Of a stretch of DNA of 64,000 nt, positions 34,064 to 45,716 are shown in pieces (positions within the stretch are counted from its first letter, which is position 1; each line of letters starts with the position of its first letter). Position numbers and translations under genes: made by a program. Source of the stretch: a cyanobacterium endosymbiont of Rhopalodia gibba (lineage in GTDB: Bacteria; Cyanobacteriota; Cyanobacteriia; Cyanobacteriales; Microcystaceae); contig CP067995.1 of NCBI GenBank assembly GCA_045159875.1, forward strand, positions 1,728,001-1,792,000. The letters are read 5' to 3'. The notes under the pieces are model-generated. The model had not been told where the DNA came from, ran no database searches, and saw nothing but the letters and a program-made list of their open reading frames with translations.

Positions 34064-35643
34064 CATTCTACCTCATTTACTAGACTCAACTAACTAGTGA
34101 AGAACTAGAGTTTTATTTCACCAAAAACAACGTTCACTTTTGTGGATTAAATTAATAGCTTGCATGAGCAGCCTTTATTCATATAACTAAACTATTCAGA
34201 GTTAAAGTCAATTATTTATATAATTTTTACATAACTTAATATTGTTGAATTAAAACAACTACTTTTTGAATTTTTACAATAAATGAGTAAAAATCTTAAT
34301 TTCCTCTATAAAAATAATTTAGTTAGAGATTTAACTGTTTATTAGTTTTATTAAACTTTATCTATTGACTTATCATTATATTCAAAATTTTAAGATTTAA
34401 AATAGTTTGTGTTAATACATAATTAAAACTACTATTTTTTTTTTATATAATTCAATATTTTTTTGTATGTGTAACTTTTTTTTATATATTATATAGCTAT
34501 TTTTACAGCCATTTATTTTATTTATATTTTTTATATAAACTATTTTCTTTGTTCTTAGCAAGAATATTATTAAGTACTACATTTTTAGGTTGTCATTGGT
34601 TTCAATAGATTTTAATATATTATTTTCTACTTATAAAATATTAAAATTTAGCATATATTTTTCAAAAAAAATACTTTTTAAACATAATATTTAATTTTTA
34701 AAAAAAATTAAATATTATGTTTTTTCTATTCACTTATAGGTTGTCAAAAAGAGGCTAAATATTGAGTGTATTTAAAAAAAATACGACAAATTATATCTAA
34801 CTATTTTAGTAGTTTAAAACAGTAAAATAGTTAGATGCATAAAATATTTTCTTAAAATTTTTTACAGTAAAAAATTAATGTTTATTCTTCTTAAAATTAT
34901 ATACAACAATATTTTCTTTACTATCTAGAAAGTAAGTATATTTCCAGTAATATTCTAAATTATCCTGATATTCCAATAAACTAATGAACAAAAAATGTAT
35001 TTTTTAAAAGTTTACTTCTGCTAGTTTCTTATTATTTAATTTCTATATTTTTTCTGGTCTTACTAAAACCTCATAGTTATTTTTCATGGAAAAAACATAA
35101 ACTACAGTGGTTTTATCAACGAAAATTAAAAATAATCTCAAACTATATTCAATATGTATTAAGAAGATTGGACTAGAGATATCTAAAATATTTTTTACTC
35201 TGTAAAATACTTTGATTCACTTATCTTGACTATATTGATTAGACTTCGTCGCAATTAATAGTATTCAACTCATTTATCTAGTCTTACATAATTATGTTTT
35301 ATCTCGTTTTTTTTATTTATTTTTGCCATTTTGGACAGAGAGAAGGTGACATTTTAAATAAGTTATTAATAACGTTACTTTGTGTTTTATCAAAGTGATT
35401 AAAATCCTAAAATAATCAAACTCTTCATAAGAGTAGTAAATAACAAACACTTATAACAAAAACTAGGTTAATTTTTAACAAAAAACAATATGTCCTTGTT
35501 AAAGTTAACACTTTAATTTTTAATCTTTGATTTTGCTTACTTTAAATATTTGCTCTAAACAAAATTTATTAGATACTTAAATCAAGTATAATAGTACCAG
35601 GAAAAAGTAGAAACAAAACTCAAAGTTATTTTTTAAAAAAACC

Positions 35644-36333
35644 GTGTTCACTGGATTAATTCAAGGCCTTGGTACAATACGTTTGCAGGAATCTAACTGC
35701 TTTATTATTTCCTTAAAAGATAACAAAAAAACCGATATTTGGACAGATCTTGCCCTAGGAGATAGTGTAGCCATTGATGGAATTTGTTTAACTGTTGAGG
35801 AAATAACCTCTGATGGGTTTATAGCTACTGCTTCCCCAGAAACCCTACAAAGAACAACTCTAGGTCAACAAGTCCAAACTGCTAGTTATGTCAATGTGGA
35901 ACTTTCTTTACGAGTTGGTAGCAAACTAGGCGGACATTTTGTTACTGGACATGTTGATGGAGTAGGTTATTTTGTGGAAGCGATCACTACTGAAAAAGCT
36001 TGGGAGATGTTCTTTTCCTCACCACCTTCCCTTCTAGAGCAGTGGCAGAAGAACATTGAACGGTATCTTTTTCTTAAAGGCAGTGTTGCAGTCAATGGTA
36101 TTAGTTTAACCATTGCTGAATATGATCCTAAAGAGCATTGGTTTAAAGTAGCAGTCATTCCCCACACTTATCATCAAACCAATCTCTCTCATCTTAAAAT
36201 CGGAGACTGGGTAAATATTGAAGGGGATATACTAGGCAAACACGTTGCTAAGTTGTTAGGACAATCTTTAAATTCCTATCAAGCTTCTCAAGACATTAGC
36301 TTAGGTTTCCTTTCGGAAAATGGATATCTCTAG
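35644..36333 (+). CDS. ribE: riboflavin synthase (alpha chain)
   Basis: MFTGLIQ N-terminus, GDSVAIDGICLT, GGHFVTGHVDG, KGSVAVNGISLT. Confidence 0.96.
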   Translation: MFTGLIQGLGTIRLQESNCFIISLKDNKKTDIWTDLALGDSVAIDGICLTVEEITSDGFIATASPETLQRTTLGQQVQTASYVNVELSLRVGSKLGGHFVTGHVDGVGYFVEAITTEKAWEMFFSSPPSLLEQWQKNIERYLFLKGSVAVNGISLTIAEYDPKEHWFKVAVIPHTYHQTNLSHLKIGDWVNIEGDILGKHVAKLLGQSLNSYQASQDISLGFLSENGYL

Positions 36334-37089
36334 TTATCCGAACAATATTTTAAGTGTAGAGATATAGATAGTGAGGTTATAGTTAAAGTCTGATAATTAG
36401 TGTTTTAATTATAAAAAATTCTTTTGATTTAAAGATATGACGATAGAGAGTTTTTACTATAAAAAAAACAGGGAAAATTATTTGATTTTTATGTGGATAA
36501 GCAAATAACCTACTCTGGAAAGACAATATCTGGTCAAAAAAATAACCTTGGGCTATTGCTGACTTGTGATAACTAAATAAATATAAATAAACCTCTTCCT
36601 AAGAGGGCATAATTTTCTGAATATTTGAGAGTTCATGAGTATTTTCCGAACTTAATTGGAGCTTATCGGTAACGAACGAAAACCCATAAAAAATGTTACT
36701 ACATAGACGATAAGATCATTTTTTGTAAAATAAGATTTTCATCAAATAGAAAATTGATAAATATCCAATACCCAATATTCTGACACTAATACCGGTTGTT
36801 TAAAAAAAACTGTGTCGCTAGATATTCAATTTCATAAACCTTTAAAAATTTCCGCCTACGTCATCTAAGAATTAATTTAAAAAAGTCCGCACGAGACAAC
36901 TGTTCGATTAGTCGACCGCAGAAAAAAAGTCATAAGCAAATCTAGGCTTTTGAGGAAAGCCACACTAAAATTGTCTCATAAACTGGCTTTAAAGCAATAG
37001 TCGAAAAATTATTGTCAAGTTTCAGTATGGAAAGATTCAATAACAGTTGGATTATCATTAATAGCTTTGCATAGGCAAAGCCTCTTCAT

Positions 37090-37620
37090 CCCATCAGCTG
37101 TTCAGCAGCATTTCTTAGCTGTATCCACCTCTGTCTCCAAAATTTTAGCAAAACTTTCTTTTTCAAGCTCTTTATTGATAAAGCATAATTAAAACTTTTA
37201 TTCAGTTTATAATTAGTTGTCTTCTCTTTTCTTGACTCTTGGAAATTCCTTTTTTATTCTTCTATTTATTAGAGATACCCACAATACTTCTCTTTTTTTG
37301 ACTTTTAGAAATTACTTTTTTTATTCTTCTATTTATTAGAGATACCCACAATACTTCTTTATTCCTATTTATTTCTAAAATTTTTTTCTCATAAAGTTCT
37401 CTAACGATTCTACTCAATCTACGACTTTTTTAACTTTCCATCCCCTTGTATTTAAACATAATATTTCTGTTCTTCCAATTCTGTTATTGGCTGGATTTTT
37501 AGATGGTCCAGACTCTAAGATATCACTCTTCATCTAAACCATATTTCTGCTTGAGTTTTTTGGACTTATTTTAAGTTTATCTACTTAGCAATAAACGGAT
37601 TCTAATGGTGTGCCCTTAAA
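37090..37620 (-). mobile_element. degraded IS630-family transposase
   Basis: TEILCLNTRGWKVKKVVD*VESLEN and SFNYALSIKSLKK fragments; homologous to the 5550-5830 relic. Confidence 0.6.
37221..37358 (+). repeat. ~67-nt imperfect tandem duplication within the IS relic
   Basis: TTTTTATTCTTCTATTTATTAGAGATACCCACAATACTTCT occurs twice, 67 nt apart. Confidence 0.9.
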
Positions 37621-37709
37621 AAATCTGCTTTCAGCCTATCTCTTTTGATTATTTTTCTCAATAAAAATCTAACTAAACTGCAAAAAAAATAACAAATCTT
37701 CACTGAGAG

Positions 37710-37739
37710 TTGACATTTATGTTAAAAGTTATGTAGCTT
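37710..37739 (+). promoter_or_regulatory. sigma70-type promoter for the riboswitch leader
   Basis: TTGACA (37710) - 18 nt - TAGCTT (37734). Confidence 0.5.
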
Positions 37740-37764
37740 AATAAGGGGTGAGATTCGGCACAAT

Positions 37765-37840
37765 ATCGTTCATCTCGACATAGCTACACAGAAAAGGTTG
37801 TGAAGGGACGGAAGTAAGTAAAGATAACTGAAGGAACGCA
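37765..37840 (+). promoter_or_regulatory. glutamine riboswitch class I (glnA RNA motif)
   Basis: ATCGTTCATCTC...GGGACGGAAGTAAGT-AAAGATA-ACTGAAGGAACGC: P1 CGTTC/GAACG, conserved GGAAGTA and GAAG junction strands, P3 AGT/ACT. Confidence 0.85.
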
Positions 37841-37879
37841 AGACAACCTATAGACTATTAATGAGGTAGAAACACGTAG

Positions 37880-38110
37880 ATGCTTATGTTTTCTTTAATT
37901 ACTTTAACAATTGCTTCAGTGTCTGTTTTTCTCAGCTTTAATGCTAAAGAGGATGTGTTTAAGGCAGCCATGGGATGTACCGCTACTTTGTCCACTTTCT
38001 TAACTTTAATTGTTGCACCTTGGATTCTTAAGCTCGCTATTTTAGCAATTCCTATTTTGATCATCGACAGACTCAACAACAAAACTACTGAAGAATCAAC
38101 TCACGGCTAA
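37880..38110 (+). CDS. 76-aa small membrane protein of unknown function
   Basis: Two to three hydrophobic segments; GAGG upstream; 40 nt downstream of the riboswitch. Confidence 0.75.
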   Translation: MLMFSLITLTIASVSVFLSFNAKEDVFKAAMGCTATLSTFLTLIVAPWILKLAILAIPILIIDRLNNKTTEESTHG

Positions 38111-38221
38111 AAGTACCGATTGCGTGTTATCTCAATCAAGTAGGAGCTATGGATGGGATGTATAAAGGTTTATACCTCTTCTAGACTGAGTGTGATAAGT
38201 TGGTAGCTCATAACTCCCGAT

Positions 38222-38312
38222 AGTTCCGCTTTAACTGTGTTCTATGACTCTGAAAGCCTAATTTTTATAACAATTGAGCTTTCAGAGCGCAAGGGGTTCG
38301 CAAGACGGAACT
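38222..38312. repeat. MITE-like nested inverted repeat
   Basis: Outer AGTTCCG/CGGAACT, inner CTCTGAAAGC/GCTTTCAGAG. Confidence 0.5.
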
Positions 38313-38511
38313 TTTAGCTTTTGCTTATTATGATTTCGTTATGGCTAGTATAGGAAAGTTAGATTGATTTAACTAGATTACTGTTTTTTTGTTAAAGATC
38401 TGTTACTTAAATTTTAGTAATCTTTATTCATTAATTTTTTTTAGAAAATTACTTAGATATCACTATATAGCTATATTGAGAGATTTTCTACTAGCTAGAA
38501 TAGCCTAACTC

Positions 38512-39628
38512 ATAAAAGACTAAGATTAGATTTTTGTTGTTGGTGGAATTACAAGATCAGCATCAAGTTACAAATAAGCTAAAAAAACTTAAGGGTGTTA
38601 CTTCTAGACAGGGAAATTAACCCACTAAATGTTAATTGCTATAGTTAGTTATGAGGGCTTAGCCTATTGGTCGGAAATCGATAAATTATCGCGTTAACTT
38701 TATCACAAAGGAATTTCAATTCATCGTAATTTAATTTATCAGGAGAATTAGGTACAGATACACAATTCCAAAAATTTTATTTATTATTAACAATTTATAC
38801 GGAATATGATTCCGAAGTAGGTACTCAAAATTAAAATAAATTTGCGATTTTTCTTTAATGTTTAAATGTTCGAAAGGCGTGCTAATTGGAACCACTTTTA
38901 AATCCAAGTTCTATTTCTTGGGAACTAAAGCTACCTCATGGACATATTTACTCTTAAAAAAACAATCAAGCATATCCCCAAGCTTTTATTTTACTCTGAG
39001 AAGAAATCCAAATTGAGTCAGTTGAACAACCATCTAAACAAGAAAATCTTACCGTAGGAGTGATCACAGCTACCAAAAAATTCATAGTCAACATACTATG
39101 GTTTGTGCAGATGGACTGAGCCATTATTTACTCAATAAAATTGGTGTAACGGTTGATGTTTATTTCACTCATATACAGTTAATTGTGACTTCTTGTATAG
39201 ATATGAAATTGTGAACATGGACAATGCCAGCTATCTTAAAAAGACTAATAGCAGAGTCGGAATTTAATAATTATAGGCAGGAATAATCACAGTTCAGATA
39301 TTATTGCTGAGAAACACAATTTCTTAACGGTCATTTTTGTTTAGGATAAATTAGCCAAATCTGCACCAACCGGATGGTAAAAATTGATCGAGTTTTGAGT
39401 AAAGAAACCATTGGAAGAGAAATAGGTCGAATTTTACCTACTTTAGAAAATCTGCCAGAGACATTATCCAATTGTTTAGTTGCATTTACGCCTTATCCTA
39501 GTGCTAGGGTAGGGAAAATTGAAATGTTTACCAGACTTTATTTATTTTCTTAATTTATAACAAACACCTTAGTTTTTGCTCCTCCTCTAACCAGACAGTT
39601 TATGAACTAGGTAACAGAAGACAGTAAA
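38512..39628 (+). pseudogene. FAD-dependent oxidoreductase (DAO/glycine oxidase-like), disrupted
   Basis: VVGGIT...VLLLD...GLAYWS, LEPLLNP, LPHGHI, YFTH, CLVAFT, TLVFAPPL fragments with many stops and frameshifts. Confidence 0.75.
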
Positions 39629-39689
39629 CAAATACCAGTTATTAATTAATTAGCTTTTGTATATTGAAAGTTGGTATTGTAAAAATTAT

Positions 39690-40062
39690 CTATGGAGAAA
39701 ATTAAATGAAACTGGACAATACTTTGTTCTTCAAATAGTCCGTGTTTCTTGGCAATTGCAGTTACCCTGTGGACTATACTTATACATTTAATAAGTTTAA
39801 GGTCGTTTAGCTAAAGCAGCATCCACTTTTTCTGTTAGTAAAGGAATTTCTCTATTATAATTCTCTTCTTAAAAGAATAACTTATCTTCTTCTAATGACA
39901 ATCTAGACTCATCTTTGCTTTCTTGTGTAGTAAAGTTACTCATAGATTTAATTCCCATATTCTTTAACTAAACTGCAACAGAATTGACATTATTTTCTTG
40001 AAATTTGATTGCCATATTTGCTGTAAAATAATCACAAGCAGTTCTTCCTATACTATAGGGAA
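39690..40062 (-). pseudogene. short-chain dehydrogenase (DHRS1-like), C-terminal remnant
   Basis: IFSVPYSIGRTACD...NMA (degenerate YxxxK), YNREIPLLTEKVDAALA, AIAKKHGL. Confidence 0.6.
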
Positions 40063-40440
40063 CACTAAAAATAGTTAATTTTTTTAAAAAGTCGATTTTT
40101 TGGGGATAGACTTAAAAAGTTAAGTTCTTATACTTATTAAGGTTAACTTTTATCAGGATAAACACAAAATTAGCTTTTCCTACGGTAATTTGAGTCTTCC
40201 TCAAACTATCACTAATAAAACTATTGTTTCTTCTTATCTTAAGAGTTCGTTTTGTGATATAGCATATTTACATATCTGTTCTTTCTAAACTTACGACAAC
40301 ACCTTTCCCAATTTTTTTAGAAGCTCGTGCTGCTAATATAACTTTCAAGGTTTTCATAAAAATTATTTATTTTTTTTGATATTGTATTGTGTTTTTTATT
40401 GTTGATGATTTGTCCTTCATCCTTTAGCAATATCTTAAGT

Positions 40441-41880
40441 CTAACTATAATACCAATTTGTGATATCTTCAGGTTGATCAACTAGAATAATACCTTGCTC
40501 CTTTAACTCATCTCGAATACGGTCACCTTCAACATAGTCTTTACTTTTACGGGCCCTTTTTCGTTGCTTTATCAAATCTTCAATTTCTTCATCACTTAAC
40601 CTATTACTTAACTCTTTTTTGTCCTCATGTTGGTCAACTTCTAGCCCTAAAACTTGTGCTAATTCCAATAAAGTTTTCCATTGTTCTTCTAATATTTTAG
40701 GTGAAGTGTCTGTATTTCCCTGGTGTACTAAGACATTGCTTGCTCTACGTAATTCTTTAGCAATTTGAAATAATATCGCTAAACCACCTGCGAAGTTAAA
40801 GTCATCATCAATTACTTCTTTAAATCTTTGTTTTAAAGTAGAGGAAGACTTGGAAGTAGAAAAACCTAATTGAGACCCGTATTGATACCCAAAAAGTAAC
40901 CCTTCTTTAAGAGTATGCCAACTATTGGTTGCTGCTTTCAACACTTCATCAGTAAAGTCCACTGGTTTGCGATAATGTGCCTGAAGAATAAACAGTCGCA
41001 TTGCCATGGGATGAATTTTATCTAATAAATCCCGAATAGTGATGAAATTTCCTAAGGATTTAGACATTTTTTCTCCTTCTACTTTCACCATACCATTGTG
41101 CATCCAATAACGAGCTAAAGGTTCTCCTGTCGCTGCTTCTGACTGGGCAATTTCATTTTCATGGTGAGGAAAAATTAGGTCACTTCCCCCTACATGAAGA
41201 TCAATAGTTTTCCCTAGATGTTCTAAAACCATCGCAGAGCATTCAATATGCCACCCTGGGCGACCTTTTCCCCAGGGAGATTCCCAAGAGGGTTCTCCTG
41301 ATTTTGCACTTTTCCAGACGACAAAATCACAAGGATCTTTTTTTGCTGTTTTAAATTCTTCTAAATCTACTCTTCCACTAGCTCCTACTTGTAAATTCTC
41401 TAATTTTCGATCTGAAAGTTTTCCATAGTCTTTAAAATGCCGTACTGAGTAATAAACATCTCCACCAGATTCATAAACATAGCCTTTTTGTTTGAGTTGG
41501 GACACTAAGTTTTGAATACTATTGAGAGTATGAGTCGCACGGGGGTAAGCATCTGCTTGTTTTATGTGAAGACGTTCCATATCCTCAAAATAAGCGTCAA
41601 TAAACTGTTTAGAAATTAATTCCATCGGTACCCCTTCTTTACGTGCCCGATTAATAATTTTATCGTCAATATCTGTAAAGTTTTGAATATAAGTTACATC
41701 ATAACCACACCATTGTAAGTAACCTCGCACTACATCCCACACCATACAGGTTCTAGCATGACCCAAATGGCAATAGTCATAAACAGTAATACCGCAACAA
41801 TACATACGTACTTTATTCTTCTCAATCGTTTTAAAAGGTTCTTTTTTACGGGTTAGAGTGTTATAGATAGTTAGTGTCAT
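40441..41880 (-). CDS. cysS: cysteine--tRNA ligase
   Basis: CGITVYDYCHLGHAR, GRPGWHIECS, KMSKSLGN. Confidence 0.98.
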   Translation of the reverse strand: MTLTIYNTLTRKKEPFKTIEKNKVRMYCCGITVYDYCHLGHARTCMVWDVVRGYLQWCGYDVTYIQNFTDIDDKIINRARKEGVPMELISKQFIDAYFEDMERLHIKQADAYPRATHTLNSIQNLVSQLKQKGYVYESGGDVYYSVRHFKDYGKLSDRKLENLQVGASGRVDLEEFKTAKKDPCDFVVWKSAKSGEPSWESPWGKGRPGWHIECSAMVLEHLGKTIDLHVGGSDLIFPHHENEIAQSEAATGEPLARYWMHNGMVKVEGEKMSKSLGNFITIRDLLDKIHPMAMRLFILQAHYRKPVDFTDEVLKAATNSWHTLKEGLLFGYQYGSQLGFSTSKSSSTLKQRFKEVIDDDFNFAGGLAILFQIAKELRRASNVLVHQGNTDTSPKILEEQWKTLLELAQVLGLEVDQHEDKKELSNRLSDEEIEDLIKQRKRARKSKDYVEGDRIRDELKEQGIILVDQPEDITNWYYS

Positions 41881-43883
41881 TGGTGAGTTTATACTTAACA
41901 GTTAATAGTTACAGTGAAGTAATACTATGGTCAATAGTATCATTTCACTGAGGCTCTTTGAAAAGGTTAAGAGTATGGTCCGTTTCATAATTGTCGAAAC
42001 AGAGTTTTGAAAATCGATAAAATGAAGGAAATGCACTTAATTTAGTGTCTTAGAGAAGATTTAACTCATAAGTTCTAGAAGTAGAACAATGCAACTCTAT
42101 GGAATAGCAAAAATAACCAATCTCTATGAGACTAACTTTGTGTGAACAACTCGATAAGCTCATGCCTTAGATTTAATATAAAAAATCTTGATCTAGATAA
42201 CTTTCAGAGAGAGGATAAAAGACTTAAAAATAGAATAGACTCATATTATCTTAGTAGCTAAGTTTAAAGATTAATTAAAGACAAGTTAAAATAATTTTGC
42301 TAAACTATAGATATTGCTACTTCATTCAAATAAAACTATACACTAACTTTAAGCTCTTAAAATAAAGATAAGCTCTGTTCTGTCAACTTTTTGGCGATTT
42401 TATATTCATTTAAATCGTCAATTTAAATGAACTTATATACATTATCAAAGTAATCGAAATAGGATAAAACTCTACTTATTTAGATCACTTATATTTTTCC
42501 AAACTTTCTGGATTTTATAAATTAAAATATAGGATTAACTATTGAAATAAAAAAAATAAAAATTTTAGAATTTAAAATTTACAAAAGTTATCAATCAATA
42601 AGGTTTTCTTTTGATAAACTTATTGATTGTTGATACCTTCTACTGTTTTTCTAGGTTTTCCTAGCTCAAACTAGTTATAAAATTATACGAATTTAATTTA
42701 TTAAAAATAGAATAAAAATCAAATATAGACTAATTTTAAATATTTTTAGAAGCAATAATTATCAACTTAAATATTAATTTTATTCAGAATTCAATAAAAT
42801 TTAAGTAAAACAGTAAAGATTCAAAATCATTAATTATTTAAATATTAATTCAAAATAGTTATTCTATAAACTATTAAATCAAGTTCATAATAAAATGATT
42901 TAAAAATGGAGAGAGTTATTTCTAAAATAAAAAAATTGATCAACTAAAAATAACAATCTAAATCTTATTTCATTAGATTAAAAATTAGTACCAGATTTTA
43001 GTTGACTAACGAGTCTATTAAATTTTGGTTTTACTGTGGCTTTTCAACCTAAAAATTTTTCTTATTCTCTCAGTATAATTTAGTGTAATTTAACAGTTTA
43101 TCTACCTTATTATTAGTTTCTAATATAGTGTTGTTTATTTATATAAAACTACTTATCTATATAATAGAGAAGTACGTAAAAATATTAAGATGAGTTTCTA
43201 ACTGGAAAAGAAGTAATCCAATAGTCGAGTGAGTATTCTTAGTTGTGCTGACAATTATTATTTATAATAAAAGGTGATTGAAGTAGTACAAAGAAGATAT
43301 CAAAATTTAAAGTTTATCGTTGATTTGTAATTAGTTGCAATATTTTAGATTTACAGTTTAAAATAACAGCAAATAAGAGATTATACCGTAGCTACTAATA
43401 AATGAAGACTTAGTGCGATTTGCTATTAAAAATACATCAAAATTTAAGTCCTTTATCAAGCAAGATAATAATCTAATTCAAGAAAAGATAGCTAAATTAT
43501 GGGAGAGCGATATTAATTGATAAAGTATGATTTATACATCCTTAAGATTGGAAATAACTTTAAAAAATATTTATTAATATCAAAAACTAAATAAACTAAG
43601 ACGAAAACTATTCAGAGATAAAATTAGAAAATTTAGCTAGTAAAAAGAAGAATTTACTTAGACAAAGAGAATTCTCTATGTAGTTAAAGTCCTAGACGAT
43701 AAAAATATTACTCTAACATTTTTACACAGTGCTATAACCATAGTTTTTTATAGGCTTTTGATTGATAATTAAACTTTATCTTTGTATTTTTTATATTTAT
43801 AAAACAGTTTTTATAAACTAAATTCTCTTTGAAATCAATTAATAGTTTAGTTAATTTAGGGTGAGCAATCCCCACCCATGAGC

Positions 43884-45716
43884 TTAGAAATTAGTATAAT
43901 TAGTGATAGCTTTAGTTAACTTTTCTATCACTTCATCAACCCCCATTTTCCCTAATTCACCTGATGTGCGAGTTCGAATGCTTAAATCGTTAGACTCCAC
44001 TTCTTTTGAACCGACAACTGCCATTACAGGTATCTTTTGTTTTTCTCCATTACGAATCATTTTACCTAGTCTTTCTCCAGAGGTATCTGCTTCTGCGCGA
44101 ATGCCTGATTTTTGCATCTTGTTCGCTATTTTTTTAGCAAAATCTAACTGAACATCACTGACAGGTAAAATACGCACTTGAATAGGAGATAACCACAAAG
44201 GAAAATCCCCAGCATACTCTTCGATTAGAATACCAATTAATCTCTCTAGAGAGCCAAAAGGTGCGCGGTGAATCATCACCGGACGTTGACGAGTTCCATC
44301 CTCTGCTATATATTCTAAGCCAAATCGTTGGGGTAAATTATAATCAACTTGAACTGTTCCCAATTGCCATTCTCTTTCCAAAACATCTTGAAAAATAAAG
44401 TCTAATTTAGGACCATAAAAAGCCGCTTCTCCGGGAGCTTCAAAATAGTCCATTTCCAGCGTTTGTACAGCGCGACGAATAGCATTTTGAGATTTTTCCC
44501 AAGCTTCGTTAGATCCAATATATTTACCCGACTCATCATCTCTAAAACTTAATCTAGCCTTGAAATTATTCAGTTGCAAACTTTTAAAGACAGTAAGAAT
44601 TAAATCAACCACATTCAGAAATTCTGCGTCTAATTGATCAGGAGTAACGAATAAATGAGAGTCATCAACAGTAAACCCACGAACACGGGTTAATCCTCCT
44701 AATTCTCCTGACTGTTCATATCGGTAAACTGTGCCAAATTCTGCCAACCGAACTGGTAAATCGCGGTAGGAGCGCAACTCACTTTTATAAATTTGGATAT
44801 GAAAAGGACAGTTCATTGGTTTAAGAACAAATCCCATTTCTTGCGCTGCTTCCTCAGCATTTTCCGCCATCATAGGGAACATGTCTTTTTTATAATTTTG
44901 CCAATGACCCGAAATTTTGAAGAGATCGATTCGACCAACATGAGGGGTTACTACCCCAAGATAACCCCGTTTGATTTGTTCCTTCTTTAGAAAATCTTCT
45001 AGAGCAAACCGAATAATAGTTCCTTTGGGAGTCCACAGAGGTAAACCTGGTCCCACGAGGTCAGAAAAGATAAATAACCCTAGTTCTTTACCTAATTTAC
45101 GGTGATCTCGTCTTAATGCTTCTTCCTTTCGTCGTTTATATTCGGCTAGTTGTTCAGGGGTTTCCCACGCAGTTCCATAAATACGTTGCAGTTGCGCTTT
45201 TGTTTCATCCCCTCTCCAATAAGCTCCAGCCACGCTTTCTAGATCAAATGCTCGGGGGTGAATATCTCCCGTAGTTTCCATGTGGGGACCCGCGCAAAGA
45301 TCCCACCATTGATCTCCTAAATGATAAAGGGTAATAGGGGGTTTAAGTCCTTCAAGTATTTCGAGTTTATAGGGCTCTTTAAGCTCGGTAATACGTTTTT
45401 TTGCTTCCTCTGAGGTCACTTCTTCGCGGATAACGGGAAGTTTACGTTTTATAATTTTAACCATTTCTTTTTTGATGTCCTTGAGATTCTGTTCAGTAAA
45501 GGGTTCAGGAATATCAAAGTCATAGTAAAACCCTGTTTCGGTCCAAGGTCCAATGGTTACCTGCGCTTTAGGAAAAAGTTTCTGAACTGCCATAGCCATA
45601 ATATGGGAGGTTGTATGGCGAATGCGCTTTACTTTATCAGACTCACTGGTACGGGGAAGTTTGATGGGAGTTACTTCTTGGGATACTTCAAGGTTAGCAG
45701 TTGACTGGTTAACCAT
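43884..45716 (-). CDS. thrS: threonine--tRNA ligase
   Basis: RHTTSHIMA, DLCAGPH, RDHRKLG, KPMNCPFH, HRAPFGSLER. Confidence 0.98.
   Translation of the reverse strand: MVNQSTANLEVSQEVTPIKLPRTSESDKVKRIRHTTSHIMAMAVQKLFPKAQVTIGPWTETGFYYDFDIPEPFTEQNLKDIKKEMVKIIKRKLPVIREEVTSEEAKKRITELKEPYKLEILEGLKPPITLYHLGDQWWDLCAGPHMETTGDIHPRAFDLESVAGAYWRGDETKAQLQRIYGTAWETPEQLAEYKRRKEEALRRDHRKLGKELGLFIFSDLVGPGLPLWTPKGTIIRFALEDFLKKEQIKRGYLGVVTPHVGRIDLFKISGHWQNYKKDMFPMMAENAEEAAQEMGFVLKPMNCPFHIQIYKSELRSYRDLPVRLAEFGTVYRYEQSGELGGLTRVRGFTVDDSHLFVTPDQLDAEFLNVVDLILTVFKSLQLNNFKARLSFRDDESGKYIGSNEAWEKSQNAIRRAVQTLEMDYFEAPGEAAFYGPKLDFIFQDVLEREWQLGTVQVDYNLPQRFGLEYIAEDGTRQRPVMIHRAPFGSLERLIGILIEEYAGDFPLWLSPIQVRILPVSDVQLDFAKKIANKMQKSGIRAEADTSGERLGKMIRNGEKQKIPVMAVVGSKEVESNDLSIRTRTSGELGKMGVDEVIEKLTKAITNYTNF

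Noticed and set aside
37221..37358. Direct repeats resembling a mini-CRISPR
   Set aside because: Only two units, the intervening sequences are also similar to each other, and there are no cas genes; a tandem duplication
37858..38082. 74-aa minus-strand ORF
   Set aside because: Antisense shadow of the 37880-38110 gene, which has the promoter, riboswitch and SD on the plus strand
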